A DNA stretch of 62,672 bases, counting the filler, from Sanchytrium tribonematis (Eukaryota), in assembly GCA_018985235.1 (NCBI GenBank). It is 12 parts of 12 records of this genome, joined end to end, with 100 filler letters (N's around TTAATTAATTAA, not from the genome) between each part and the next. Parts side by side here need not be neighbours in the genome. Positions count along the whole stretch, not along the records: positions 1 to 22,457 come from JADGIG010000082.1; 11 more parts are not named here. One strand, 5' to 3'. Of this stretch, positions 1 through 12,402 are shown one piece after another (the stretch's first letter is position 1; every line of letters starts with the position of its first letter). The notes below the pieces were generated by a model. The model searched no databases, was not told the origin of the DNA, and saw only the letters and a program-made list of their open reading frames with translations. A program made the translations under genes and the position numbers.

Positions 1-39
1 TCAATCAAAACATCTCTCCACTGAAACAGATTCAAAAAC

Positions 40-891
40 ATGAGTTTAACAAATTATGAATTACTCTGTTCTAAAACCACATTACCAGTCTGTCCATTAT
101 TCCAATCTGATGCCATAGCCCCATGTTATGCTAGAAATGGAGATTTAGGCGCCATTTTAATATTTCAACCTGCATTGGGAATGGTTTACGTAGGTGCTTT
201 AATTATGACATCTATCATGATTTATAACATTAAACAAAAGTATACTGCAGTCGGAAGACGAGAAATTAGCTGGTTCATGTATATTTACATTTTAACAATC
301 ATGATTGAAGCTTTATTAATGCATGGCTTTTTTACATCTCAAAGTATCGGGTATAAAATACTAGCAGCACTGTATATTGGCCATGTCATTGCCATATTCG
401 GTGTTTTATTTTATAATGGTCTCGTCCCACTGCAATTAATTGAAGATGGAACCACCAAAAGCATGATGATTTTATGGATGATTTATGGTGTTTGTGTGGG
501 TGTGGGTGCTGCATTAGGCTTTATTACATTTAATGGAGACGGTACACTCGTTTTTATAGTCATGAATGGCATTCCGTTGATTTTACTCATTTTATACACA
601 TGCATTCAAATCTACATTGTTTTAACCCGTCTAGACAACAAATGGCCATTAGGTGCCTTGTTTTTCAGCGTACTCTTCTTTTTTATTGGAATTGCCTTTT
701 TATTTACGAGTGATTTGGTGTGTGCGAGTGCGTCTCATTATTTAGATGGTTTATTTTTTACTGCTTTATTTATGCTGTTGAGTGTGATGATGCTTTATAA
801 ATATTGGGATTCTATTACGAAAGAAGATTTAGAATTTAGTGTGGGTGGCAATGTGGGATGGGAGAGTAAAAGATTAATTGACAGTTATTAA
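40..891 (+). CDS. CHS7: Chitin synthase III export chaperone (Chs7)
   Basis: Multi-TM protein with the Chs7 motifs LPVC..CYARN, KYTAVGRRE and C-terminal YKYWDSITKEDLEFSVG. Confidence 0.9.
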   Translation: MSLTNYELLCSKTTLPVCPLFQSDAIAPCYARNGDLGAILIFQPALGMVYVGALIMTSIMIYNIKQKYTAVGRREISWFMYIYILTIMIEALLMHGFFTSQSIGYKILAALYIGHVIAIFGVLFYNGLVPLQLIEDGTTKSMMILWMIYGVCVGVGAALGFITFNGDGTLVFIVMNGIPLILLILYTCIQIYIVLTRLDNKWPLGALFFSVLFFFIGIAFLFTSDLVCASASHYLDGLFFTALFMLLSVMMLYKYWDSITKEDLEFSVGGNVGWESKRLIDSY

Positions 892-931
892 AATAAATTT
901 GAATTATTAAAGGGGTTCAAGGCCTAAATCT

Positions 932-1318
932 TTATAAAACAGGTTCGTCAGATGGTCCTATCGTAATACCTTGAGTTGTAGACAATTGTTGTTTTAAATC
1001 AGTTCTTTGCTTATTTGACTGACTACCATGACCTTCAGGCTGTTCTGCGGGTCTCTTTGGTGAGACTGTCTTTGGCTGAGCATTTCCAGACTTGTTTTTC
1101 TGCTTACCTTTCTTTGATGTTGTCTGAATATTCGGCAAATCAGCGAGTGAATAGGATTTTAGTTTTTCTCTGAGTTGTTGCTCAAGTTCAATAATCTGAC
1201 TCTCTATTAGTACATTATTACGATTATTTCTGATGAGATTATTGCCTTGTAATTGAATAAAATTTAATTTCTTCAAATTATCCAAGGAAGGTTTTTTCAT
1301 TTCAACAAATTCCTTCAA
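932..1318 (-). CDS. Hypothetical low-complexity protein or gene fragment
   Basis: 128-aa ORF with TTG start; an upstream ATG frame (~1386) is out of frame; no family recognised. Confidence 0.25.
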   Translation of the reverse strand: MKEFVEMKKPSLDNLKKLNFIQLQGNNLIRNNRNNVLIESQIIELEQQLREKLKSYSLADLPNIQTTSKKGKQKNKSGNAQPKTVSPKRPAEQPEGHGSQSNKQRTDLKQQLSTTQGITIGPSDEPVL

Positions 1319-1508
1319 ATCATTCTTTGAAATTGAGGATCCACGATATTAGGAGCAAACAAATCTTTCAATTCCGTTGTCCACATAGTTACATTATGTA
1401 AATTTAGTTTATTTCTCTAATTGTTTACTAAATTGTTGCTGATTTAAAGCCTCTATAACATTATCAATTGTTGCTAGTAGTTTAAATTTCATAAAATATT
1501 TATTTCCA

Positions 1509-2429
1509 TCAGCTAATAATACATTCTACACCATGATAATGAACAGTGGGTTCCAAGATCGTGTGTGTTAGAGCTCTTTTTTGACATAATCTTAGTAATT
1601 TTGACCTAAACTCTGCTAATTTGTCACCACTTAAAAGTAGAGAATCAAGTGTATAATTCCAATCATTATATCTGAATAAATCTTTGAGTTTCGTCGCCAC
1701 ATCATCGTTGTCATTGCCCTTGCGAATAATGTCATCTCCTTTGACTCTAATGAGAGCCAATTCAAACATTAAAGACATTTCTACTATTTCATGATTTCCT
1801 ACTTCCTCATTTAATTCAGTAAATAAAAGAGTCCACGCTAATTGCAAATCATCATCTACCCTAAATACCCATGATGAAAATAAAGCAGGAATGGGATAAT
1901 TCCGTACTCTATCAATTTCTAGATACGACTTACTATAATCTAGCAAACTCTGCTCTATAAACTTTCTCATTCCAGATTTTAAATAATTGACTCTACCATC
2001 AATAATAGATTTCCAAGTTACGAAAAAATGTTGGTCTTTTTGTGCCATTTGCGACAAACTTGGAAGACTCTGGAAGTCACCAGTCATAGAACTATCATCT
2101 TTAATTATATAAATTAAAAGATACAAAGTGTCCGCAATTGACATTTCGACAAATTGAAGATTCAACTCGGTCACTTTGTTCAGCAGTTCCGAGATAAAGT
2201 CATTTGTCGCGTAGTCAAAATTCTTTGCAATCAAAGTCTGCATCATCATGTTCCAAATATTTAAAGGATGATCATCAGGTGCAGCTATTGCAAATTTTTG
2301 GAACAATTGCAACAATGGCGTTTTAAGCAAAGTAGGCTCATCAATTTGAACTTCGACTGGATTATCGAAAGCGTTTGTCAACGCTGGCATTGCATTTGCA
2401 GTAAATAGAAAAAAGAGCATCATGAACAT
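1509..2429 (-). CDS. Putative secreted helical protein, lineage-specific
   Basis: 306-aa ORF with signal-peptide-like N-terminus MFMMLFFLFTANA; degraded paralog immediately upstream. Confidence 0.6.
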   Translation of the reverse strand: MFMMLFFLFTANAMPALTNAFDNPVEVQIDEPTLLKTPLLQLFQKFAIAAPDDHPLNIWNMMMQTLIAKNFDYATNDFISELLNKVTELNLQFVEMSIADTLYLLIYIIKDDSSMTGDFQSLPSLSQMAQKDQHFFVTWKSIIDGRVNYLKSGMRKFIEQSLLDYSKSYLEIDRVRNYPIPALFSSWVFRVDDDLQLAWTLLFTELNEEVGNHEIVEMSLMFELALIRVKGDDIIRKGNDNDDVATKLKDLFRYNDWNYTLDSLLLSGDKLAEFRSKLLRLCQKRALTHTILEPTVHYHGVECIIS

Positions 2430-3087
2430 GTTTTCTCCTCCATCGGATCAGAGATTTATTTGTATTCCATTTCCATACACAAAGGTGTCACAATGTCACA
2501 CAAATATTACAAATTACAAAAGGATGTAATGAAACATCAAAATGAAATACAGGTCAATTAATAGAATTTTTGACTACATTTGATGAGTAGGCATCTTAAA
2601 TGCATGAAATAATTGTTGGCAAAATGGGCACTCAAGTGACCCATTGCCAGAATGATCACGCTGATTATATTGTCAAACCACAGAAGGAACGACTTGGTTA
2701 TTATGAGTTATTTTGCACGGACTTTGGAAATGATCACGTTGATCATTTCATGCTATTTAAGGAGACGAATTCCAAATAAAGAATGCATTCACGAATTAAC
2801 AATTTGAACAGACTTATTGAAAAACAAATTAAGGACCTGGTGGTCAATGGCCAAGGGGCCAGTCGCGATTTCAATAATGATTAATGTATTTATTGGACAC
2901 AGCAGCCATCATAATGAATGTTTTGAATAACAGGAATTGGATTATCTGCATATTTGAATCGCTGCTTCTTTATTTGATCCATTTGGTACTGTTCAAGTTG
3001 ATCGCAACTAACTAGCAAGTAATCTATGAATGAGACAATTGATCACATTTGAATAATCTATGAGTAAAAATTCCACTTTGTGAAAGT

Positions 3088-3938
3088 CTACACTATTGCA
3101 AATGATTCATTCCCTTGATGTCTAATCACAGACAATTGAATAAGTAATAAAATATTTGAATTTGAATGAATCTGTACATTTGCATATAATTCATTAAACA
3201 CATTTTCCCATGCTGTGTTGATTCCATCGCGCGCTTGGATCCATATTTCTGGTAATTGATTATTTAAATTCAAATGACTCGTTTCTCTAGATATCCAAGT
3301 TGAAATCACAGTAAGGATACGATATTCCCATGCTTGATCTGATGGGATGTTATATGATATTTGGGATTTAATGGCGCTCTTTCAGTATATTCTGCAATTG
3401 CATCTTTTTTTTTTAAAGTGGTTCAAAATTTAATCTTTGATGATTTGTTGTCTATCGAAAATAATACTATTCCAACAAGCTAATTCAGTGTCACTTTTCT
3501 TTGATAATTGTGCAGTAGATTCTAAATGACCACACAAATGATGATCACTATTACAAATATTAAAAGACGCATTTGATTCAAGATTGTTAATTCAAATTCT
3601 AAATTGATCGCAGTAGCACGTCCGGCATTTTGAATCTTAAGCAATAAGATCTTTACTCGCATATCAACAGAATAACTTTTTAATTGTCCAAACATTTCAT
3701 TCCAAACAATGGCAGAGGTTTGTCCAAACATTTCATTCCAAACAATGGCAGAGGTTTGTCCAAACATTTCATTCCAAACAATGGCAGAGGTTTTAATTTG
3801 ACCTTCAAATTTTAATTGAGCAAAATGCTTAAATAATTCTACTATAGAAGTATTTTGGATTTGATGTGATGCCGGTGTTTTGATAGAGTAGATGATGAGT
3901 AACAAATAAATCAGTTTGTAGATGTTTAGAGGGGTCAT
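3088..3938 (-). pseudogene. Frameshifted paralog of the 1509-2429 secreted protein
   Basis: Collinear blocks: IVELFKHFA/LLQLFQKFA, IVWNEMFGQL/IWNMMMQTL, CWNSII/TWKSII, ISTWISR/FSSWVFR, TAWENVFNEL/LAWTLLFTEL, LSVIRHQG/LALIRVKG; split by frameshifts and stops. Confidence 0.6.
3685..3792. repeat. Perfect tandem repeat, 3 x 36 bp
   Basis: tgtccaaacatttcattccaaacaatggcagaggtt x3; encodes QTSAIVWNEMFG on the minus strand. Confidence 0.97.
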
Positions 3939-4329
3939 TTTGTTATCCCCCTTGTATTTGTTTGCACTACTTTGTACTCGATTTTGGATACGATATCACA
4001 GTTTAATGGAACTTATTAACATTTAATTAAGAGAGAGAGCAATTTATTGACGAAATCATTTGATTGAAACACCAAGAAATGAGAATCGAAAAATTAATAG
4101 AGCTGTCAGCAGCTAATTGATTCGAGAGCTCATTGTATTCATGCCCAATATGGCCAAAATTCATTGAAAAGTCAATGGAATGCCTCTGGATTTTAAGAAA
4201 TGAATTTGATTGGAAATAAATTTACCAAATTGAAATTTAAATAGATCCTCTCCTTGAAATAGTTTGGTGGTCACAAAGATTGTGGAATTGATGAGATTGA
4301 TGATCTTTTTGATTTCACAAATGAATCAT

Positions 4330-5880
4330 GTGATATTGCACAACTGGGTAATATAGATATGACGAGTGATAATAAAATAATTATATTATTGCGTAATGTT
4401 TTACCTCAGGAAATGGAGATGTACTAATTTTCACAACGCCGAACGACATAACAATTGTAGATTAACTTGCTTAGCCTTTAAAAATGCAATTAAGAAAATG
4501 GTAAAAGATTAAGTTGATGAAGAAGCATTTTGGGACTGCAGAATAAAGACTGATGAGGAAGTGGCATCATATGCCGCTAGATTTAAACGATTGGCAGAAG
4601 ATTCTGGTTTAGACAGTTTAAACTGTCTGTTAAAAAGGAGATTAGAATGGCGTTGGGTGCAGTTCAGTATGGTACTTTAAAAGATGCAGTTGAGGCAGCA
4701 AGAATGGTGGAACAATGTGTAGAGGAGTCTTGCGAGAAGAATGAATTTGTACAGCAACATCCAAAATGTGGAAGATGTGGGAGATTTCATGCTGACCAAT
4801 GTTGGGAATGCACTGTTTGCGGTGAGTTGGGACATAGATCGTTCATGTGTCGAAAGCGAAAAGTGCAAGAAAGACCTTGGAAAGAAAACAGGCTTCTCCT
4901 ACCAATTTAATTCAAGAAGCTGTAGAAATACTTGCGAATACAGGTGCAGCTGTCTCGGTGGTCAGTCGAAAATATATTGATATGGGAAACCTACCAATGA
5001 ATATATCCAAGGGATATGTGAAGACTAGGAATTCATAAAGATATTGGGAAAAGTTGATCTGGAATTGAAACTGCCCAATAGAGGTGCAATTATTCAAGAA
5101 TTCAAGGTATTACAAGGTACATTCCCTCAACGACCAATAATTGGGCGAGATTGTTTAGTTGGTCAACTTGAAGCCAAATTGGTCTTTATCAAAAGAGAAA
5201 GATGAGTTCATGACCTTGCTGGAGGCTAAATTGATTCACTTAATGAAATAGATAAGAATGATTTCATGGAAATCATTTGCAATTATAAAGTGTTTAGAAA
5301 TAAGCCAATGGATGTGGAGCCAGTTCGTGGCAAATTTAAATTAGTAGTAGATTATTCGGCTCTATACAAAATGACGGTGAACGTATCTTTTCCATTTCGT
5401 TAATCAAGGATTTATTGCAAGCATTGAATTGATTTGGAATAGAAGATAGTTATTTCCAACTCCCTGTCTCTGAGGACGCGGGTGAGCTTCTTTCATTTGT
5501 AGTGAGTTCTGGGGACCAATATTTAATAGCACGTGCCTGTCAAGGTGGGAAGTACAATTTTCTATTATTGTCACCATAGAAGAGAAAAGGGCTTTATGTG
5601 GATGACTTAATTGTTTATGACAGAGACATGGAAGATCACAAGCATCAGATTAAAGAATTGATTGAAATTTGCAACACTAAGAATTTGAGGATTAATTGGG
5701 CAAAATCACAAATTGCTAAGCAAGCTGTTAATTATCTAGGATTCCATATGACCAAGGACGGTTATAAACCAACAAGGGGATATATTAATCAAATGCATTC
5801 CATTCAGAGTCCAAATAATAAAGAGAAGTTAGTAGAATTCTAGGAATGTTAAATTGGATAAGTGGATTTGTCGTGTATCT
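4330..5880 (+). mobile_element. Degenerate Ty3/Gypsy LTR retrotransposon (gag, protease, partial RT)
   Basis: Zn knuckles CGRCGRFHADQC and CTVCGELGHRSFMC; mutated protease site LANTGAAVSVVS; RT YVDDLIVY and NYLGF; many stops; ends approximate. Confidence 0.85.
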
Positions 5881-8800
5881 CAAGTGTTCATGAATAGTAA
5901 AATGACTTAGTTCGCATATTCCATTGCATTGTGGATTATATGGATTGTTTTATTCCATATGATTTGCACAATTCTTCAAATTCATTGCCTTTGACCTTTA
6001 TCACTTAAAAGCACCTCTGGGCGTGGATATCCAGATTGCCACCAATCATCAACGACTTTACACAGTGTTTTGGATTTGGTATCCAATACTGGAATGATTT
6101 CAATCCATCTTGTGGCCACATCAATAATTGTCATAAAGTGTTTGTGTTTTCTTTTATCCACCTTACAAACTGGTAATGGACCACAAATATCTATAACAAT
6201 CACTTCAAATTTGGAAACATTCTGGTCAATATCAGTTGTTTCTAATTTCCCATATTGTTTTCTATTCTTTTTATTCAACTGACATTCCTTGCATTTGCGA
6301 ATGTATTCTGCCACCTCATTTTTCATTCCACTCCACCAGAAATAGCATTTAATCACATTGTACATTCTAGTAATACGTGGATGAAACAAATTCTCGTGAT
6401 ACCAAGTGATAATGCGGCGTGTTTCAGATTTGGGAACAACAATTTGTTGCAATGGAGAGGTTGCAATTAATTCATGTTGCTCAACAGATTTAAATATGAA
6501 ATCAGGATAGTCAATGATCTGAAGAATGTCAGAATCCTCAGTTTGTTTGATTTGCAAATACTGAGGAGAGAGTGGGAAATCCTCAATGAGTTGGATTTCA
6601 TTTGAGGTTGAGGCAAAATTCATACGGGACAAATAATCCGCAAAGATATTATTATGACCATCAATGTGATGAATCACTTGATTGTAATCTTGAATTCGGT
6701 GAAATTATCGCATCAATTTAAAGGATTTGGATGTTTCCAAGTAGCTCAAATTCAAATTATCCGTATAAATATACAGTTTTTAGCCAAACAACATCATTCT
6801 CAAGTGCTCAAGTGTGGCAAACACTGCTAATGCCTCTTTCTCTACAACTGTGTATTTTAGTTGGGTGGAGTTTAATTTTCTGCTAAAGAAATAAATTGGT
6901 TGTGGTATTTTATTGTCGTCAAATTGGAATAAATGACCCCCAATTCCAAAGTCACTGGCGTCAACTTGCAAGTGAAATTCCCTGTTATAATAAGGGTAAA
7001 CAAGCAAGCTGTGTTGGACCAGCAAATTATTTGCGTCTTTTAAGATCTTAGCATGAGTAGAATCGAATTCGTAATTGCAATCCTGCTTTAATAAATCAGT
7101 GATTGGACTGGTTAATGACGACATTTGGGGAATTAATCGGCGATAAAATGAAAAACAACCTAGAAATTGTCTCAATTGTTTACGAATGTTTGGCATTGGC
7201 ATGGAGCATAAAACCTTGATTTTCTTGAGATTTGGTCGTACGCCATCCTCAGTTATTGTAAAGCCATGATAGTTCAATTGGAAAGACACAAAGTCACTTT
7301 TTTTAAGTTAATGTGTACATTGTTTTTAATACAGATTTTCAGTACACAATAGGTGTTATTGAGATTCTCCTTGATGGATCCTCCCAGAATGGGCACATCA
7401 TCAAAGTAGATGAGAACAAATGGCAAATGCGCAAGAATTGATTCCATGTAGGCTTGGAATGTCTCTGGACTAGTACAAAATCCCATTGGCATCTTCCGAT
7501 ACGCATAGATTCCCCAAGGAAGAGTAAAACAAGTGAATTTGGAGAATTCTTCATCCAATAAAAGCTGATGATATCCTCCCGTCAAGTCTGCCTTGGTTTA
7601 GACACAATTTTTGGTTATTTTCTGGAGTGATTCATCTATAGTGGGCAGATGGACTGACAAACGAATAAGATATTCATTAAGATCCTTAAAATTCACAACG
7701 AGACGTACTTACCTTTTTCCTAATTTCTTGTTAAATGCTTTCCATACGAAGAATGCTGGGCTACAATAATCAGTACTACTTGCTTTGTATATGGTGCCTT
7801 CTTTTTCAAGATGATCAATCAATTTCTTTCCTAATTTTTCCATTGCTCTTGGAATTGGTTAGGGGCGACATCTCTTGTAACTGAGTGCCTTTTTCAATTG
7901 GTTTTTAAATTTGTATCCTTTAACATTTTTGGGTTTATCAATCATTGCTTTAGTGTAAAATATCAACACTCCTTGAAGCAGAATCATCTTTGTTAATGCC
8001 GGAGCCTTCAATCACCTGCTTAATAGTGTCATTGTCATAGTGAGATACCTCCAATAATTCATATCGATCAACATCCTCTAATTCAGGTATATCATTCAGT
8101 AATTTACTAAATTGATAGGAATGATCTTTCCATCAGATTGTCTCCATTATAGGATCCACAATGAGACCAACTTGTTTCATAACATCATATCCAATAATAC
8201 AGTCATGGGAGATATTAGATATGTAGAATTTAGTGTTGACAGACATGAAAGGAGCCAAAGTTTGAAACTTGATTTGGGTTTCAACGTAGCACTTTACATT
8301 CAACTGACTATTCCCAACTCCCGTGAATGATTCATTGCATTGATTGGAGTTGATTTGAGTGATTTGAATGTTTGTTCATCAATAAATGATTTAGTTGCCC
8401 ATGATCTATCAAGGTGTTGATTTTAATTCCATTAATCTTAATCGGAATTTTTGGTCTTGAATCATGTGAAAGATACTGTTTAACTTCATTACTGTGTTGA
8501 TATCCATAGGATCATCCTTCAATTGTTTTTTGCCGAATTTCTTTGATTTATCTCGTAATTCCGGATATTTTTAAAAACACTTTTCTTCCAAATGACAACT
8601 TGTTTTCAGAAATCGCAAAATGGCTTGCATCAGGTTTCTCTTTGTCAGTAAAAGACTTGCTACCATGATTGGATCTATATTTGTTGTTCTTTTGTCTAGG
8701 AGATCAACCAAAGGATTTTTCTGCCTCCTTTGCTAGTGACACGGCTTCTTGAAACTTATATGGCTTACGGAATTCTACATGTCCGCAAATATCATCGTTT

Positions 8801-8923
8801 AAACCTCGAACAAATGCCTTTGATCTAATTTTATTGGAGACAATCAACTTTTTGTCTCCATCTGCTATTGTGTTTACTAGATCAGCTTTTTCATTTAAGT
8901 AAAATTCATATCGCTCCACTGTA

Positions 8924-8989
8924 TGATTGAGGAGCATCTTAGCGTCCGAAATTGATTGATTGGGGAGCATCTTAGCGTCCGAAATTGAT
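8924..8989. repeat. 33-bp tandem duplication within gag
   Basis: tgattg(a/g)ggagcatcttagcgtccgaaattgat x2. Confidence 0.9.
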
Positions 8990-9315
8990 CATAGAATGTT
9001 TGATACATCGATCATCAATGTATCGACTTTTTAGAGTTTCTCTAATCTTGTCTAAAGTGAGTTCTTCAATTTTCATTTGTTGAACAAGTCGTAGTGCTTG
9101 ACCTTCCAAGCAAGCTACACATTTTAAAACTGCCACTTTTTCAGTCCATTCACCCCAATCCTTGTAGTGAATGAAAGTGTTCCACCATAATATCAAGTTC
9201 TCATTTGTTCCGTTAAATCGTAAAACCTTCACTTTGACATCATTAACAAGTTTTAGCGTGGCGTATTGCACCTCTTTTTCAGTTCCTTTTCTAGCCATGG
9301 CTATTGAGCTCAATA

Positions 9316-9452
9316 TGTCAGGAACTAATAAAACGTTATTTATTTACTTCTTGGGGGTTTATATACCCGCTTCTGAGACCACGTGTTCGGTCACAAATCC
9401 ATGCGGCGCGTGACCTTCGATTTCAGGTGATTCATATACGCTGTTCACGACA
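9316..9452 (-). repeat. Putative 5' LTR (137 bp)
   Basis: TGTC...GACA inverted termini, internal TATATAAA and AATAAA, directly upstream of gag ATG (9298); second LTR absent. Confidence 0.7.
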
Positions 9453-9458
9453 TGTATT

Positions 9459-9562
9459 ATGAAACATTAATCGGACCAATTAGTGAGGTTTTGAAATTTA
9501 AACTATTTAAATGAAACATTAATCGGATTGATTAGTGAGGTTTTGAAATTTAAACCATTTAA
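9459..9562. repeat. Tandem duplication, 2 x 52 bp (imperfect)
   Basis: atgaaacattaatcgga...tagtgaggttttgaaatttaaac.atttaa x2. Confidence 0.9.
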
Positions 9563-9644
9563 ATGGACCGATGACGCAGAAAAGTGATTTAGAGAAATCA
9601 TCAAAAGAGCAGACACAGCGGGGTTGAATTTCTTTAGTCGTGGG

Positions 9645-9710
9645 ACATTCGAGATGTATGGTTATTTCAAATACACAACATTCGAGATGTATGGTTATTT
9701 CAAATACACA
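9645..9710. repeat. Perfect tandem duplication, 2 x 33 bp
   Basis: acattcgagatgtatggttatttcaaatacaca x2. Confidence 0.95.
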
Positions 9711-10206
9711 ACGTTATTTGGGATATTGGGTAAATTTGTCGGGAATAGATAGAAAAATGATGTTTAATAAGAAATTAGAAAGAATGAATTGTAAAATGCA
9801 CGAAATGCGCAAATTGGATGTCTTTCGTTTGGGCTTACCCCTAGAAATATGTAGTGACGCCGTGCATTGTCATGTTTTAAAGATACACAGCACAAGAATC
9901 TTCAACTAAAAGTGTGAAAATATATGAAATCACTTCTTCATTCTTTAAATTGAATTCCCACAAATTTATTAAAATCATTTTGCGTTTATCCAGATACAAT
10001 CAAACGAAATAAGTATTTGAGAAAGAAACAAGAAGTACATTACAGTTGGAGATTTGGAATTGATTATTCTAACATTTCATTTTCACGTGGAAGTTGATTA
10101 TTCAAATTTCATCCATATATTATTTGTAATGCTTGCTGTCAATTTCATCCATATGTGAAAAATAAGTTGCAATGTTTTCAAAAGCAACAGGGGATTTTTT
10201 GACTGT

Positions 10207-10560
10207 TTGCCATTATTCACAAATCAACAAATGCAGCCAACTACTACAAATGGCAATTATAAGGGGTTTGGGATCACCTTATCTCCATCAAACTCAACCA
10301 ATATAATCAATGAATATCAATTGAGATTGAAAAATACATCCAAATACAATATTTCATCATCCACTGAATTAGAATGTATTGAAATCGATAAATGTTTGGA
10401 ATTGGCCAATCAATTGCATTTATCGGATTTTCGGATTTATTGTGATAATTAAGCATCCGTAAAGGTTGCTAGTTATTAATTAAAAGATAAAGATCCGTAT
10501 AAACATGCTTTATATAAAGCATATCCAAATATCAATTATTGTTTCCTCAAAATACACTAC
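10207..10560 (+). pseudogene. RNase H relic, probably retroelement-derived
   Basis: GFGI..SSSTELE..CLELA..RIYCDN resembles RNase HI E and second-D motifs; in-frame stop follows. Confidence 0.5.
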
Positions 10561-11299
10561 AAATTATTTGGTGTAAAGGGCATAATGGCAATTATTTGAA
10601 TGATTGGGCAGATTGGTTAAGCAAACTTGCAAACACGCACACAATGCATATGTCATATCATTTGATTCAGTATCATCAATGAAAAAAAAGTTGCAGAATA
10701 ACTTATTTATTTCAAAATAGTCTGAATTTGGACAGATTGAATACCAGACATAAATTAGTATTAAATACAAGGATAAGAGGAGACTTTATTAATTTTAATT
10801 AGGTGTTTCCTAAATTTTATTGACTTTGAAAAACCACTTGGGAAAGAAAGAAAGAAGAAATAAATTAGTGAGATTCATATGCCAACTTACTTTGGAAATT
10901 GATGTTAGATAGTTAAATGGATCAAAAGGAGATATTTGAGACTTGTTGAAAGCTAAAAAAACAAGGGTCTAATTTGTCTCACCACTTTTTATTAATTTAT
11001 CAATCACCCCACAATCATGAGATGCCGGAAATATTATTCTTCCAAATATAGAAATGATCTGGCCCATAAATATCCCCATGTAATGGATTATATTGTCAAT
11101 TCAAATTAGACAAATACGTCACCCAAGCAATCTATCATTTTATTAAATGACCTACAATATCCACGTATCAATAAATATTATGAACAATTAAAAAATGTAC
11201 TATTTTGATTTCATGGATATATTAGATCAACTTTCGCATTTGAAGAGATATATATTTCGTCAACTTACATCTTTTATATGGAAAAACTCATGATGTTGC

Positions 11300-11545
11300 C
11301 ATGTTTGCTGTTGCACCAAGTTTAAACGCGCCGTTACTATTGAGATGTAGCTTATTTGCTAATGACGAGGATTCGGGGGCTAATTCCCATAAAATATTGA
11401 TAAATGGCACCACTAAAATATTTATTTGACTATTAGAAACATTTTATTTATAATGGGTGATAATTGTGTAACTAACAAAAAAGTAGCCAACATCACTGAT
11501 ATTCCACTCCTAGGGTGTTACAGTCACCGTTTGGTTACAATTAAT
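11300..11545 (+). mobile_element. hAT-type DDE transposase relic
   Basis: ILFIMGDNCVTNKKVA...PLLGCYSHRL (second catalytic D followed by CxxH). Confidence 0.65.
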
Positions 11546-11649
11546 ATTTGTAATGTGACTGGTCTACATTTGGTTAATTTTGTGCTAGAGACATGCCAGG
11601 CAAGATAATAAATGTGGCAGCTGTCCACTTGTAGAAAGAGACAAACTGT

Positions 11650-12402
11650 TTGGGGGAACATAAATATGTTGATGGGATATTCAAATGCCATTCTATTTTG
11701 AAATCCCAACCAACAGAAAAATGTAAGAAATTTGAGGGTGTGACTTATCTCTCCTTCCCAAATTCATGGCATTCTGTGATTCAACAACAACAAACAAAAT
11801 CAAATAGTTACCTACTAGTGTATACGGACGCTAGTCTACATTTAATTCCAGATCTACATGCAACGGGTGCTGCAATTGCAATGTCACTATCTCATTTTCA
11901 CGTGAAATCTTACAATGTATATATTAAATTCACAACTCGATCCGAATTAGCCACTGTGGTGTGTATTTTAAAAGATATACAACAAATTAGTAGCTACAAT
12001 ACGCATAAAATCACTATTTACACGGATTCAAAAAGCACTATTGACATTTTAAAAGCAGCAAAATATAACACTATTTCACTTTATAAATTATATGTATGCG
12101 ATCTCATCAAACATGTGCTAAATATACTAGATAGAGTGTCATTGGTTTATACGCCAGGGCATGATGAATCCAACCCTAACTCATTGAATCATCTATGTGA
12201 CTATCTGAGCCATTCTCACGACATTGCATTACCAGCACCAATTGAATTGACTGTTGATCCTGATTGGGTGAAATACTACAGGAAAATGAAGGCCGAAAGA
12301 GCAAAAGAAAACAATTTATTTAGACTAAATCACATAATGAGCACGGAAATGAATAAGAATGTACTATATGAAGTACACATCAATTGCATTTCAACAACCT
12401 AA
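11650..12402 (+). mobile_element. 3' fragment (RNase H) of a non-LTR retrotransposon
   Basis: VYTDASLH, TTRSELAT, IYTDS, PGHDESNPNSLNHLCDYLSH; same motifs as 44618-45481. Confidence 0.8.

Larger units (their letters stand above)
5982..9452 (-). mobile_element. Degenerate Ty3/Gypsy LTR retrotransposon (LTR-gag-PR-RT-RH-IN), 3' truncated
   Basis: RT RLVVNFKDLN, GYHQ, MPMGF, IYFDDV; RNase H LQVDASDFGIG and YTVVEKEALA; integrase HHCC finger plus IDICGPLP/IIDVATRW/SDKG, in Gypsy domain order. Confidence 0.93.

Noticed and set aside
3685..3792. CRISPR-like 36-bp repeats
   Set aside because: Head-to-tail with no spacers, eukaryotic context, no cas genes
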